Below are positions 11,773-24,222 of a stretch of DNA of 64,000 bases, piece after piece; within the stretch, counting starts at the first letter, position 1; each line of letters begins with the position of its first letter. Origin of the DNA: Podarcis bocagei. Its lineage: Eukaryota. A program made the position numbers and the translations under genes. Under the pieces are notes generated by a model. That model searched no databases. It saw nothing but the letters and a program-made list of their open reading frames with translations, and had not been told where the DNA came from. The DNA lies in the NCBI GenBank assembly GCA_964188305.1, contig OZ076894.1. One strand, 5' to 3'.

Positions 11773-12569
11773 ATAAATACATAGATGGGTATATTAGTGC
11801 CAAATTCTCAAATCCTGTTTGCTCAGAATAGGGAAAAGGCACTGCTTGACCTGTGTGCCATTAACAATTTGCATCTTGACTTTATCCAGCATCTGAACAG
11901 GATTGCTGCAAATTTGAAATCTCTTTGGACTCCTTCCACCTGAAATATCACAGCTGGTCTTGCACTGACTGTAGCACTGCTAGCCTAAGATCAGTTGATG
12001 AAAGACCTACAGTGACACAACTGGTTTACAACTCAATGAAGCTTCTTTGCATAGTTTAGGACTGGCCCTGGTAGAAAGCAGGGTTAAGCCTTTTTGACAC
12101 TGGAAATGCATGCGCGACCGCCAGAACCCGGAAATAACCTGTTCTGGTACTTCCGGGTTTCGGCGCGTCTGTAACCTGAAAAAACGCAACCTGAAGCTTT
12201 ACCTGATCGCATAAGATATCTTATTACTACTTTGTGGCAATTGATTTAATTTGGGGTTCTCCAGTCCATCTGCAAAAGAGAACAGAAATCTGCACATGAC
12301 ACAAATCACGCGCTAATTTTATGCAAATATTCTTTTGCAAGTTGGGCAAGCTTTGACTCTTAACTTTTAATTTTGTACACTGCTGCCTTTGAGAGTGTTT
12401 TCATCTCATTTTAAGGGAATTTTGTTGAGCGTTATTGTGGTATTATTGTTTTTATGGTCAGAGATTTTAATTTTATTAAACCGTATAATATTTTCATTCT
12501 GGAAGTAGCATATAGCAGTGACTAGTGGTCATTGACTTTGATTAATCTCCCTTTAAAAACTACCTAAGC

Positions 12570-13043
12570 CAGTGGTCTTCAACCTTGGGTCCAGTGGCGG
12601 AGGAACCCTCTCTGGCTCCTGGGGCGGGACGCACTGCCCAGCAGTGCATGCGCAACATCCATACGGACTGCACATGTGTGGCATCCCGTATAGACTGTGC
12701 ACACACGGCAGCCCATACGGTTGCCGTGCAAGAGGCAGACTGTATGGATAGTGTGTACGAGTGGCAGCCCATACGGACGCCACGCATGTGGCGCTCATAC
12801 TAACTGCGTGTGTGCCCTCGGCTGCTCTACAGCTGGGGGGAGCCAGTGGGCCATCTTGTCCACCCCCCTCCAGAGTGGTGACCGGGGCAGACTGCCCCCC
12901 GCCCCCCTTCGTATGCCCCTGCTTGGGTCCCCATAAATTTGTGGACTACAACTCCTGTCATCCCCAACCAGCTTAGCCAATGGACATGGATGATGGGAGT
13001 TGTAGTCCAACAACATCTGGGGACTCAAGGTTGAAGACAACTG
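12570..13043. mobile_element. Charlie-like hAT palindromic MITE interrupted by a second hAT element
   Basis: CAGTGGTCTTCAACCTTG...CAAGGTTGAAGACAACTG ends; internal GGACTACAACTCC / GGGAGTTGTAGTCC hairpin. Confidence 0.8.
12592..12921. mobile_element. Non-autonomous hAT element with GC-rich repetitive interior
   Basis: Ends CAGTGGCGGAGGAA / TTCGTATGCCCCTG; perfect 8-bp TSD CTTGGGTC (12584-12591, 12922-12929). Confidence 0.85.
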
Positions 13044-13090
13044 CCTCATGGTGCTGAATTTCATAAATGGATGGTGCATTGTGTGAAGTA

Positions 13091-13304
13091 CAGTGGTACC
13101 TCGGGTTAAGTACTTAATTCGTTCCGGAGGTCCGTTCTTAACCTGAAGCACCACTTTAGCTAATGGGGCCTCCTGCTGCCACTGCGCGATTTCTGTTCTC
13201 ATCCTGAAGCAAAGTTCCTAACTCATGGTACTATTTCTGGGTTAGTGGAGTCTGTAACCTGAAGAGTATGTAATCTGAAGCGTTTGTAACCCAAGGTACC
13301 ATTG
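13091..13304. mobile_element. Tigger/pogo-like MITE
   Basis: Family TIRs, TA flanks. Confidence 0.88.
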
Positions 13305-14503
13305 TACTTCCTTTTATCTGTCTCGAGTCTCATGCCAATCAGTTTTGTTGGATTCCCCCCCCCCCAAAAAAAGGGAGCTGTGGCTCTTCATGACTTGCTT
13401 CCTCCTCCAGTTGCCAGTCCTTTCTTCTCTTGCAATAATGGGCAGGGCTCCAAATGTTCTGACCAGCAGTCACAGCAAGGGTGGGAATTACAGTCCGGGG
13501 GTGGGTGCCTGAAACAGTCAGGAGAAGCTGTGTCTGCCTCTTCATTCACATCGGGAGACTTAAAATTATATGCATGTTCTCCAGGTGGTCACCTAGCACC
13601 CCTCTGTTCCAGAAATCGTCTGCCGCAGCAACTCTACTGAGCTGCGTTAAATCTGATTTACTCTAGTAAGTGTAAGTGAGATGCGAAAATGAAGCCCCCT
13701 AGATGCACAATCATAATTCATGCTATTGTTCAGTTCCCCCACAATATCTGTGTTCTATTTTCCTCCCCATTTTCTGTTTTGAATGAGCAATAACAGCAAA
13801 TAAATTGGGAGACGTTGTAAGATATGACTGTAGGTGGCATAACAGAAACAGAAGCCGAACCTTATCTCGAGTGCATTGTTATGCTTTTATTACCCACTTA
13901 TTGTATTATTGAATCTATTTTTAGGCTCTTGCTTCTTTATCTTGGGTGTTTTGTGCCGATTTTTCTGTTTGTTTGGTTTTTGTGAGGCTGTTTCATGTAG
14001 GAGAAAACCAAGCCCACCCCCCAAAAACAAAACCATCGACTTCTTCTTTGTTTGCTTCTCCAAATCCAATTTCTTGTCATTAATGATGTTCCCAACATGA
14101 AAGGAGTCTCCCAAGAAATAATGAATGGCTCTTCACTGCAGCAAAAGCTCAGGAGCTTTTGTTTTCATTTTCGTTTAAGTATTGAAAGATTTCAGAGCGG
14201 AAGAGGGGGACTGCGGCTCCTCAGTGCTGTGTCCGCCAGTGATTTGACCTTCAGCCGGTCTCACAAAGCAGTAAATGTCGTGATCGCATTACACGGAAAC
14301 TGCGGGCTTAAACACAGCGAGATATCTAAGGCCCTTTTCACGTATGAACAATGAACCCGTTGAGGGGATGGTGACCACAGTCGCTCTCCTGACCTTGTCA
14401 GGGTTGGTCCATTGGCTGCAGTCTGAGGTGAGGCACCTCCAGAAGCCATGAGAACGAAGAGTAAGTCAGAACCAGAGTGCAAGTCTGGAGGAAGAGCAAA
14501 TTA

Positions 14504-14964
14504 CCGTATTTTTTGTCCTATAGAGCGCACCGGCCCATAGGACACACCTCGTTTTTTTGGGGGGGAAATGAATTTTAAAAAATTATTTCCCCCCCAGCCG
14601 CGGCTGCCGCCCCAAGCCTTGCGGACACCCACCCGAAGCCTCACGAGCCCGGCGGGGCCTCCCACCGGGTGCGCTAGGCTTGCGGACACCCGCCCAAAGC
14701 ACAGGGAGCCCTCCGGAGGGCTCCCCGTGCTTCGGGCTGCAGGCTGCTGCCCGCAAGCCTTGTGAGCCCGCGGGACCTCCCACCGGGCTTGCAAGGCTTA
14801 TGGATAGCTTCCTGAAGCCTGGAGAGCGAGAGGGGTTGGTGCACACCAATGCCTCTTGCTCTCCAGGCTTCAGCGAAAGCCTGCATTCGCCCCATAGGAC
14901 GCACACACATTTCCCCTTCATTTTTAGAGGGGAAAAAGTGTGTCCTATGGGGCGAAAAATACAG
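14504..14964. mobile_element. Tc2/pogo-like MITE (CCGTATTTT TIR) with GC-rich palindromic interior
   Basis: TA|CCGTATTTTT...AAAAATACAG|TA; subterminal sequence shared with 36647-36895. Confidence 0.8.
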
Positions 14965-15051
14965 TAGGTCTCTGAAGATGAAACTAGGCAACAGGGCTGA
15001 GGACCAAGGGATCGTCCACACGTCTGCTTGCCCAGGTTTCCCCCAGGGAAA

Positions 15052-15817
15052 TTTTGGACTCACAGCTGTCCATAGAGGTGCAGGTCATTTCTGTGTCCAG
15101 GGCAGCTGTCTGACAGCTCCATCTGGTACTCAGGCTGAGACCCTACCTGCCCGCAGACTGTCTCACCAGAGTAGTGCATGCTCTAGTTATCTCCCGCTTG
15201 GACCACTGCAATGTGCTCTACGTGGGGCTGCCTTTGAAGGTGACCCAGAAATTGCAGTTAATCCAGAATGCGGCAGCTAGACTGGTGACTGGGAGTGGCT
15301 GCCCAGACCATATAACACCGGTCCTGAAAGACCTACATTGGCTCCCAGTACGTTTCTGAGCACAATTCAAAGTGTTGGTGCTGACCTTTAAAGCCCTCAA
15401 CGGCTTCGGCCCAGTATACCTGAAGGAGCGTTTTCACCCCCATTGTTCAGCCTGGACACTGAGGTCCAGCTCTGGCAGCCTTCTGGCGGTTCCCTCACTG
15501 CAAGAAATCTCATACCAATAAAAAACTTAGTTGGTCTGTAAGGTGCTACTGGAAGGATTTTCTTTAGTTTGTTGCAAGAAGTGAGGTTGCAGGGAACCAG
15601 TGCCCCCCCACCCATGGAACACCCTCCAATAAGATGTTAAGGAAATAAACAACTATCTGACTTTTAGAAGACATCTGAAAGCAGCCCTGTTTAGGGAAGT
15701 TTTTAATGAATGATCTTTTATCGTGTTTTTAATATTCTGTTTTGGGAGCTACCCAGAGTGGCTGGGGAAACCCAGCCAGATGGGCGGGAAATAAATAAAT
15801 AAATAAATAAATAAATA
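15052..15817 (+). mobile_element. L2-clade LINE 3' fragment
   Basis: HALVISRLDHCNVLYVGLPLKVTQKLQLIQNAAARLV...DLHWLPV; (TAAA)n tail; same family as 2530-3280. Confidence 0.9.
15507..15572 (+). mobile_element. Short insertion in L2, Penelope-like terminal fragment
   Basis: Absent from the other L2 copies; flanked by duplicated TGCAAGAA; CTCATACCAATAAAAAACTTAGTTGGTCTGTAAGGTGCTACTGG resembles squamate Penelope ends as I recall them. Confidence 0.55.
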
Positions 15818-16896
15818 TTGGCGCATACATCAATTGGGTTTTCTCCAGATTGACATTTGCTCCGATTCAGCGCTAAAGAGCAGGTTATCAGGGGGGAAGT
15901 GGCAGTGCAAAGGCAAAACTATTTGGACTTGTGCTTAGAAAGGAAGGAAGAAGCAGAAAACCACTGGGACCCATGCTTTGTAGGCATCAGACAAGTAGAA
16001 GTGTGGATCAGACCCAGGCCAGGACCCAAAGAGTCTCCAATGGAAATCCAATTGTGGTGAAAGCTTCACAGTGATTGTACTCCCTCTGACCATGATGTTG
16101 TGCCATACCCTCCAATATTTCTCCGATGACCAGCGAACATGTCAGCAAACAAGCATAGGAATTTGCTATTAGAATCTCATCCATGTGGACATCTGAAGAA
16201 AGGCCCCTATGTAGGTGCTCACCCCCCCATCCAGATTGGAGCACCTTTTGGAACAAGGCTCCAGGTCTGTTTTTCTCTTTGCACTTTGCAGGTGAAGCAT
16301 CTGGATGCTCAGGCCAAGCAGCACATTACATTATTAAAAAAAGAGAACACTTTAATGATGTAATGTGTAATTTGGCCTCAGAACCCTGTCACTTTGCCTG
16401 CAGAGGCAAACACTGGATTCTGGTTTTTCGCCACACCTCAAGACTAAGTGTCTTTTCTATATTTTTGCTGAACATGCACTATTATCAAGCTAGGTTTTCA
16501 GAAGTTGCATTGCAGCAGGTTGATCACAACCTGTGGCAGCCTACCAGCAGTTCAGGAGCATCAGAAAGACCTGCTAGATCAGACCAAAGGTCTTTCTTGA
16601 CCATCATCCTGTTGTTGTTTTTTACAGATGCTACTGAAGGAAGCCCACAACAACATCTCTTGTTGCTTGCCAGCAAGCAATTCATACTCATAAGGCATCC
16701 TGCCTTTAAAGCTGAAGGTTCTATTTAGCTAAAGACCTGTTTTCCACCATCCATGGATGTTTCCAATCCATCTAAGGCTGCATTCACGCCACAGTTCATT
16801 TTCCCGACGTCTCCCTGTTAATTTAGGCATTATGTTTGAGCTTCCACGCAGTGTAAAAGCCACTTGCGCGAGGCTGCACTATCCTGTGCAAATAAT

Positions 16897-17406
16897 TTGT
16901 TGTTGTTGTTGTTTAGTCATTTAGTTGTGTCCGACTCTTCATGACCCTATGGACCAGAGCATGCCAGGCACTCCTGTCTTCCACTGCCTCCTGCAGTTTG
17001 GTCAAACTCATGCTGGTAGCTTCGAAAACACTGTCCAACCATCTCGTCCTCTATCGTCCCCTTCTCCTTGTGCCCTCCATCTTTCCCAACATCAGGGTCT
17101 TTCCCAGGGAGTCTTCTCTTCTCATGAGGTGGCCAAAGTATTGGAGCCTCAGCTTCAGGATCTGTCCTTCCAGTGAGCACTCAGGGCTGATTTCCTTCAG
17201 AATGGATAGGTTTGATCTTCTTGCAGTCCATGGGACTCTCAAGAGTCTTCTCCAGCACAATAATTCAAAAGCATCAATTCTTCGGCGATCAGCCTTCTTT
17301 ATGGTCCAGCTCTCACTTCCATACATTACTACTGGGAAAACCATAGCTTTTACTATATGGACCTTTGTTGGCAAGGTGATGTGTCTACTTTTTAAGATGG
17401 TGTCTA
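16897..17406 (-). mobile_element. BovB (RTE) LINE 3' fragment
   Basis: ORF PTKVHIVKAMVFPVVMYGSESWTIKKADRRRIDAFELLCWRRLLRVPWTARRSN; (CAA)n tail. Confidence 0.95.
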
Positions 17407-17992
17407 TCTTTCTTTAAATGTTGTTTGTCGTTAAAAACAGACCATGGCCACCCCCTTTCCCCACAAGAAATGGTTAAAGGCAGGTCATGTTCAAATCAGG
17501 GCAAACAGTTGCTGAGCTTCCTATTTCGAGGAAGTTGTCTTCCCTCCCCTCCTGGCTTAATACACAGAAATTATTTTCTTCCCTTGCCTCCCTGTGTCCC
17601 CAACTTGAATTCCATTGGAGTTTCTCGGCCTAAAGGACTTCATTGTGGTTTTTTTCTTTGTACTCCATGCCTTTGTGCTGCGTTATTGGAGCACCCGCCT
17701 GTCTGAAAGAACGTCCCTCAAGGCGATGAATGCTGGATGCATCTCGCTTTGGGACTCGTCAGTTGTCTGCCCTTGAATCGGATGTCGAAATTGCTGTGGG
17801 AGGAGGCGATGGCGCTGCTAGAGAGTCGAGAGGGAATAGGGATTTGAATTAGGTCGCCCCCAGTGTGGCAGCAGCTAAGCTGGGATCTGGCAGGCGTTAC
17901 TTTATGGTGCCAAGGAGCAGCGATGGTTGCTGCTGATCCCTTTAAATGTCCCCAGGCATCGCTTGGCCTGCCTCCTCATTCCTACTCCATGT

Positions 17993-18172
17993 CATAGGAA
18001 CATAAGAAGCTGCAGGTACTGAGTGAGACGGTCTAGCTCAGTGTTGCCTTCGCTGGCTGAAAGTCAGGATTTCAGGGGAGGAGTCTCTCTGAGCCCTGCC
18101 TGGAGTTTCCAGGGATTGAACCCAGGACCTTCTGCATCCAAAACAAATGCTCTACCAATGAGCTACGGCCTT
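17993..18172 (-). mobile_element. Old tRNA-derived SINE with CR1-like tail
   Basis: Minus-strand GGCCGTAGCTCATTGGTAGAGCATTTG...GGTTCAATCCCTGG head; CTTATGTTCCTATG end. Confidence 0.6.
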
Positions 18173-19287
18173 TCCCCAATAAGTAAGCCATAAATAAATA
18201 AGCATCAGTAGTTTACTGCCAAGAATTGCACCGTGAGAATGTTAGAGAAACGTAGAGGAAACCTGGTGAATGTTCTCTCTTTGTTTTAACATCGAGGAGT
18301 ACTGCAGACAAATTTCCGAGTAGTTATCTCTGGTTGAAAAAAGGTCTGAGATTTGTGTGTGTGTGGTAGAGAATGAGTTAATTGGCACTATTTCATGCAG
18401 TTTTGCTTCCATACTATGTTTATCTGCAAGGAAAAAAATAGGCAATAAGTCTTTCCATTTGTTTTTTCCTGTAATTAGTTGGATCAATTTTGTACAGAAA
18501 ACATTCGGTGCACAGTTACATTACACTAAGCAGAACAGCTCTCTGATGTAAACAAATTTGCAGGAAGCTTTGGAAAAGGAAATGCGGATGATAAAAAAAG
18601 AGTTGATGATAAAAGATCACGAGTTCTGCTTACAGAGGCCTGGTCTACATTATCAATATATATCAGATTTATACAACTTTACCTCTTGTGGCTATTCCTA
18701 AAGCATGGGTGGGGAACCATTTTCCACTTGGGGTCCACATTACATCACAGGCAACCTTTTGGGGGGGCCTCACACCAGTAGTGGATGGGGCCATAGGCAA
18801 ATGTGCATATGCTGTAACCTGAATGATCTCCATTCTGTCCAGCAATGCAGGCTTTACCCTTTGGAATTTTGCTGAACTTGAACTTTCTAGCCTAGACAGC
18901 TGTTCCTCTCTGAATGGTGGGGTACATTCCAGCCATGCAAAAAGTAGATGTTTCTATCTATGTACTCATCTTTCCATCCAGGCAATGCAAAAGGTAGTAT
19001 CACTGTTCATTGATACATCCCAACCAGGCAAATGTTCTCAAGGAGGGCAGAGAGCTTGGTAAGGAAAGGGCATGGTCTGGAGAAAAAGAGGTGCAGTCAG
19101 TCTTGAGGGACAGAGAGGGGCTTGAGGTTCTCCGTCCCTGCCCCAAAGGATTCTGGGAACTGTAGTTCATAAGGTACTAAGAATTCTTCCTTCGAGGTTC
19201 ATAGCCTCCACAAATGATGATTCCCAGGATTCCCTGGGAAAGGGAATAGTTCTTAAACTTAGTTTAAATCTTTAGCTTGGATATGCC

Positions 19288-19319
19288 AAGAAGAAGAAGA
19301 AGAAGAAGAAGAAGAAGAA

Positions 19320-19351
<32 letters not shown>

Positions 19352-19352
19352 A
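19288..19352. repeat. (GAA)n microsatellite
   Basis: Direct tandem repeat. Confidence 0.95.
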
Positions 19353-20139
19353 AGCCCAGGAAGTGAGTTGTGCTGAAGAATCACCTGAAACATGAATTTT
19401 TAATATGGAAAGCAATTCAGAACAAGAAGAAAAAGTGTGAAGAGGCAGTTTTGCTATAAGGACACAGAGAAACCACAGATTGTCAAGGTTTCCCAGCAGG
19501 TATCCACACAGAAAAATAGATGTGTTTGTAATTATCACATTTACAATCGGCGTGGCTGATGTTTTAATTCCCTGCATGGAAGTGCTTTCTGTGGAGGGAA
19601 TTCATAATATCTGAAGCAGCATTAAATCTCATTTAAATCCACGAGACTTAAATTTTGTCTACTGGCAAGATTAGCTCAACTCATGTTGCTTCTTGAGGCA
19701 GAGGACAAGATGGCGCCCAACTCATACCCCCCAGAGAAGCCAACCAGGTTGACTTTTGAGTCTTATTTCCAGCGCTGGTGATGAGACATTGCCCTCCATC
19801 TTACCTGAGGGCAGAAGGCTAGAATAGGGGGTGCAAGGCAGGCCGTGAGGTGCATGCACTCTGCCCCCCCAACACCATGCTGTTATTTCCTGATACCTAA
19901 CACCTGCCACCTGAGGTAGCTTCTTCACTCTGCCTAATAGTAGGGGCAGCTCTGTTGACTGGTGAACTTAACACTCTATGGGGGAAGACCCATAAAACTA
20001 TAGATCTATATGCAGATTCTAGTCGTTCCATGATGAGTTTTCTCGCATCAGAAAACATCTCCTTGCTTTTCCTTATTATGCTTCTCCTCATCCCATAAAC
20101 ATTGTTCCCCCCCCCAACCACACCTTGGAAGCTTTGTAC

Positions 20140-20254
20140 CATACCCTCCAACATTTCTCCGATGAAAATAGGGACGTCCCGTTCCATAATGATAATTTTA
20201 CTATTTATACCCCACACATCTTGCTGGGTTGCCCAACCATTCTGGGCAACTTCC

Positions 20255-20291
<37 letters not shown>

Positions 20292-20506
20292 CATAATAAA
20301 ACATTAAACTTTTAAAAAAACTTCCCTATACAGGATTGCCTTCAGACAGCTTGGGGGGGTTGGATAACTCCGTATCCTCCAACATTTCTCCAATGAAAAT
20401 AGGGACGTCCTAAGGAGAAGTGGGACATTCCGGGATCAAATCAGAAAACGGGATGGCTCCTCTAAATTAGGGACACCCCTGGAAAATAAGGACACTTGGA
20501 GGGTCT
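20140..20506. mobile_element. hAT (Blackjack-like) MITE containing an L2 tail piece and (CA)n
   Basis: Ends CATACCCTCCAA / TTGGAGGGTCTG; repeated AATAGGGAC motifs; left-end motif duplicated at about 20370-20410; TSD not clean. Confidence 0.65.
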
Positions 20507-21272
20507 GTTATACATCCAAAATATCCGTGTCAGCGAGCTCCTCCCCAACTTAGAATCCAAAACACCCGGAGAAAAATAGATGGTGAAAATACAGGAGAAG
20601 GTGTGCAAATATTCTTATTTCACCTACAGACCAATCCATACCCCTGATCTGCCTTGCTACAGAGGGTCAGGTTGCGGGTGAAGATGTCCCTCCACTGGCC
20701 TTCGCCATCAATGGAGCTCTTCATGATTGCTGACAGCCACCATTTTTCAATTGTTCACCACTTATCTATATACTAGGAAGTAGGCCGTTGAAATCAGAGA
20801 CCTGCCACCCTCTCCATAATTTTCTTTTAGGATAGCCTCAGAGTATTGCATCTTGCCAGCAATGCCTGTGCATTTCTGGAGTGTTTTTAACCTGTTCGCT
20901 GTGCTCTCAGTACAGTACATTTTCGGTCTGCATCCAACTCAATTATGGGCAGTATACGGAATGAATTTAATTAGATTTGCCATAGCCGAAAGGAAGTCTG
21001 TATAATGTAGAGTCAGGGGAGGCTGTCCATTGCTGTTGTTAAGATTTTGCAAAGAAAACCAGAGAAAGTTGATGGCTGATGCATTTTGCATTTTGATGAT
21101 GTATTTTGATGCAAAACCAAGGGCCAAATTGGATGTGAAAATAAATGCACCTGAATCTAATGAGCAGGGTATTTTTTTATTTTTATTTTTAAAAGGAAAT
21201 TGTATCGGTTGGAGCTAATAATATCAATGAGATTGAGCAGGCATGGGAGGGGGGGTGCGAAGACCCACCCTT

Positions 21273-21362
21273 CATAGCTGTCAACTTTCCCTTTTTCTTG
21301 TGAGGAATCCTATTCGGAATAAGGGAATTTCCCTTAAAAAAGGGGAAACGTTGACAGCTATG
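21273..21362. mobile_element. 90-bp hAT (Blackjack-like) MITE
   Basis: TIR CATAGCTGTCAAC / GTTGACAGCTATG; perfect TSD CCACCCTT. Confidence 0.9.
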
Positions 21363-22302
21363 CCACCCTTTTCTCTGCTGCAGTCCTGAGGAAAACAAGT
21401 CTTTGCTTTGGGGAAACCTCCTGTTAGCATTGCCTTTTGTTATGGGGTCCCAAGTATGCAAATCATATTAGTTGTTCTACATTGCAAGTTTTTCCCAGAT
21501 TGCAAGCTGATAGCAGAAAGCTGGGAATCAATTATGTACACTGATGGTGCTATATAAGTAATAGCGCACAGCAATAATAAGAAGAAGTGTGGGGTTTTTT
21601 GGGTGGGGGAGGAGAGCTTTTAATCTTAGCAATTGCCAGATTGAAGAGCTTAAATCAACCTCTCTTGGTTTCTCAAATGTTTGGCAGGTGTGAAACTGGG
21701 GATTCAAGCCCTCCCTGCATTGCCTTTTCTCTGAGCTCCAGATGAAGCGGAGACTTTGCAGACAAGAGCACCTAAGGAGGGAGAGCGGCAGCAGGAGGAG
21801 TTGGCGTTCAGCTGCAGAGCTTCAAGTCTTCCCATCCATAGGTGGCCAAGCACCAGCATTTTAAAGGTCTCCATCTCCCTTTCCTGCCTTTAGACACTAA
21901 GGTATGTCTCTTTTGCCGTAGGAATTTAGGTGGCGCTTGGCCATGTGGTCTCTGCCTCGGCATTGACGCCTCTTGCCTCCCTCTGCTTCTTAATTCCAAG
22001 CACTTAATACTTGGCTTGCTCATATTCTGCTTCTGCTGCCCTTCTCTTCCATGTGCCAGCTTGTTCCTCCCACTCTCCAAGCCAGCCCTTAGCACTGTGT
22101 GCTTTCAGTATGTTCCCACGCCCTGTCCTACACCCAGCGGTTTCATGGTAACGAAGATGGTTGCATTTCTAAACAGTAGGTTGAGGCTAGAGAAGGAGTG
22201 AGAGGAGCTGGCTGAGTGGCAGGTTCAGTACATACTTTCCCTGCAGAAGATCTCAGGTTCAGTCTCCAGCCTCTGCAGGTAAAGTTGAAAAAGTCCTCTG
22301 CC

Positions 22303-22773
22303 CATAGCTGTCAACTTACAGATTTGAAAATAAGGGACCCGCAGCCTCGAAAATAAGGGATCAGCAGCCAAAATAAGGGATTTTCCTAGCACAGGTATGT
22401 TCAACTTCTGAGCCCCTCCAAGCCAAAGGCAGAAAGCCCAGCCAACAGCCAAACGAAGCCTCAAGCGGTGGTTCCCACAGCGCAGCAACCCAGCAAAGGG
22501 GATGCAGCAAGGAAAACCACCGTCACCTCTCCGCTGGGAAGTGCTGAGCAAAGGCGAGTCCCCAGGCAACGCGGCTCATTTGATCAGCACAAGGCATGCA
22601 AACTCCACCCCCCAGTCATTCTTAGACTGGCCGGCAGGGAGGGAGGGAGGGAGAGGAGCTGCTTCCTTTGAAACCCAGGAAATTTAAGGGACATCATCAA
22701 TAAGGGACAGCAGCGGGACACGGCGCTGGGATAAGGGACTTTCCTGCCAAATAAGGGACGGTTGACAGCTATG
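22303..22773. mobile_element. hAT (Blackjack-like) non-autonomous element, inserted in an old SINE
   Basis: Same 13-bp TIR as 21273; ATAAGGGA subterminal repeats; perfect TSD CCTCTGCC. Confidence 0.9.
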
Positions 22774-23874
22774 CCTCTGCCCCCAAACCTGGAGGCTGCC
22801 TGTCAGTGTAGATAGCACTGTGCTATTTGAACCTGTGGCACAGCTTTTTATATTATTAATTTGTGTCTTTCTGCTTTCAAGCATCTGAAGCTCAAATGGC
22901 CTGTTCCAATAACAACAGAAATAATTCAAGAAGTAGCTTTATCTAGCTTGGATAAAGCAAAATTCATTTTAGTTCTTGCAAGGAACTCCAGTCATTTAGG
23001 GTGCTGAGCGCCGCAAGGAACTGGGAGTACAAGGCAGTTGCAAACAAAGCAGTTCCCATCCCTTGATCCTAGCCAGAATTCCTGGCTAGCTTGATTTATT
23101 CCAGCTTGTTCAATCAATCAATATTTCCTTAATGCACAGAAAGAAAATTGCCTAACAGGCTGCTCCATCCCAGGCTTTGTACTTGACTTGCAAGGCAGAG
23201 CTTGCTCGGGCAAAAAGAATTAAAGAGGTGGAGTTTGACTGTATGCAGATATGGAAGCTGAGACTTGTATTGGCCTCTTAGCATCAAGCTTTCAGCAGTT
23301 TCCAAGGTTCTTGGTGCACAGGGACACAACAAAGCCAGCCAGCTGTTGACCTGAGGACCAGACTGGATGCAGGACTGGGAGACCAACATCTGCTGAGGCC
23401 CATCTTATGGAGAATGGCCCATTTGCAGTCCCTGGAGCCTCTCAGGCTGCCCATCTCCTTTCTTACCTGACTTCCCTGAGCATATAACCAGAATTAAGAG
23501 GAAATAACTGGTGCAGCCACCTGTACCCAGCTTGCCATGTTGTTCAGGGTGGATTGGATCACTCACAAAAAAAAAACCAAAAACATATTTGAGGGGCCAG
23601 TGCTGCCAGGTGTGATAAGGTGAGCTCACTCAGTGAGGGGGTCCAAGGAGGGCATCTTGCCCCAACTCCCTGCTCCCAAGAACTTGCGTCACATATAAAG
23701 CTAGGAAGGGGAGATCTTGTAGCATCAAAAGGAAAAGTGTGCACAACTTTATCACCTCCTATGTCTGTTGCACCAGTCACTTTTCTCAATGCCTGGCTCC
23801 AGTCTCCTGCACATTCTTTTTTCTGCTGCTTAAAAACCTGCCCGTCCCCTTTTCTGGCTCCACTGCTTTGTGTG

Positions 23875-23875
<1 letters not shown>

Positions 23876-23920
<45 letters not shown>

Positions 23921-24222
23921 TTATTATTTATACCCCACCCATCTGGCTGGGCTTCCCCAGCCACTCTGGGCGGCTTCCAACAGAATATTAAAATACAATA
24001 GTCTATTAAACATTAAAAGCTTCCCTAAACAGGGCTGCCTTCAGATGTCTTCTAAAAGTCTGGTAGTTGTTTTCCTCTTTGACATCTGGTGGGAGGACAT
24101 TCCACAGGGCAGGTGCCACTACCGAGAAGGCCCTCTGTCTGGTTCCCTGTAACTTGGCTTCTTGCAGCGAGGGAACTGCCAGAAGGCCCTTGGCGCTGGA
24201 CCTCAGTGTCCGGGCAGAACGA
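23876..24222 (-). mobile_element. L2-clade LINE 3' fragment with (TTA)n tail
   Basis: Highly similar to 2530-2890; ...AFSVVAPALWNVLP...FRRHLKAALFREAF. Confidence 0.9.

Noticed and set aside
16183-16728. 181-aa ORF with an acceptor-like TTTGCAG at 16291
   Set aside because: No recognisable domain and no convincing donor or partner exons.
20610-20730. Short minus-strand reading frame MKSSIDGEGQWRDIFTRNLTLCSK...
   Set aside because: Only about 34 codons, weak donor, no recognised homology.
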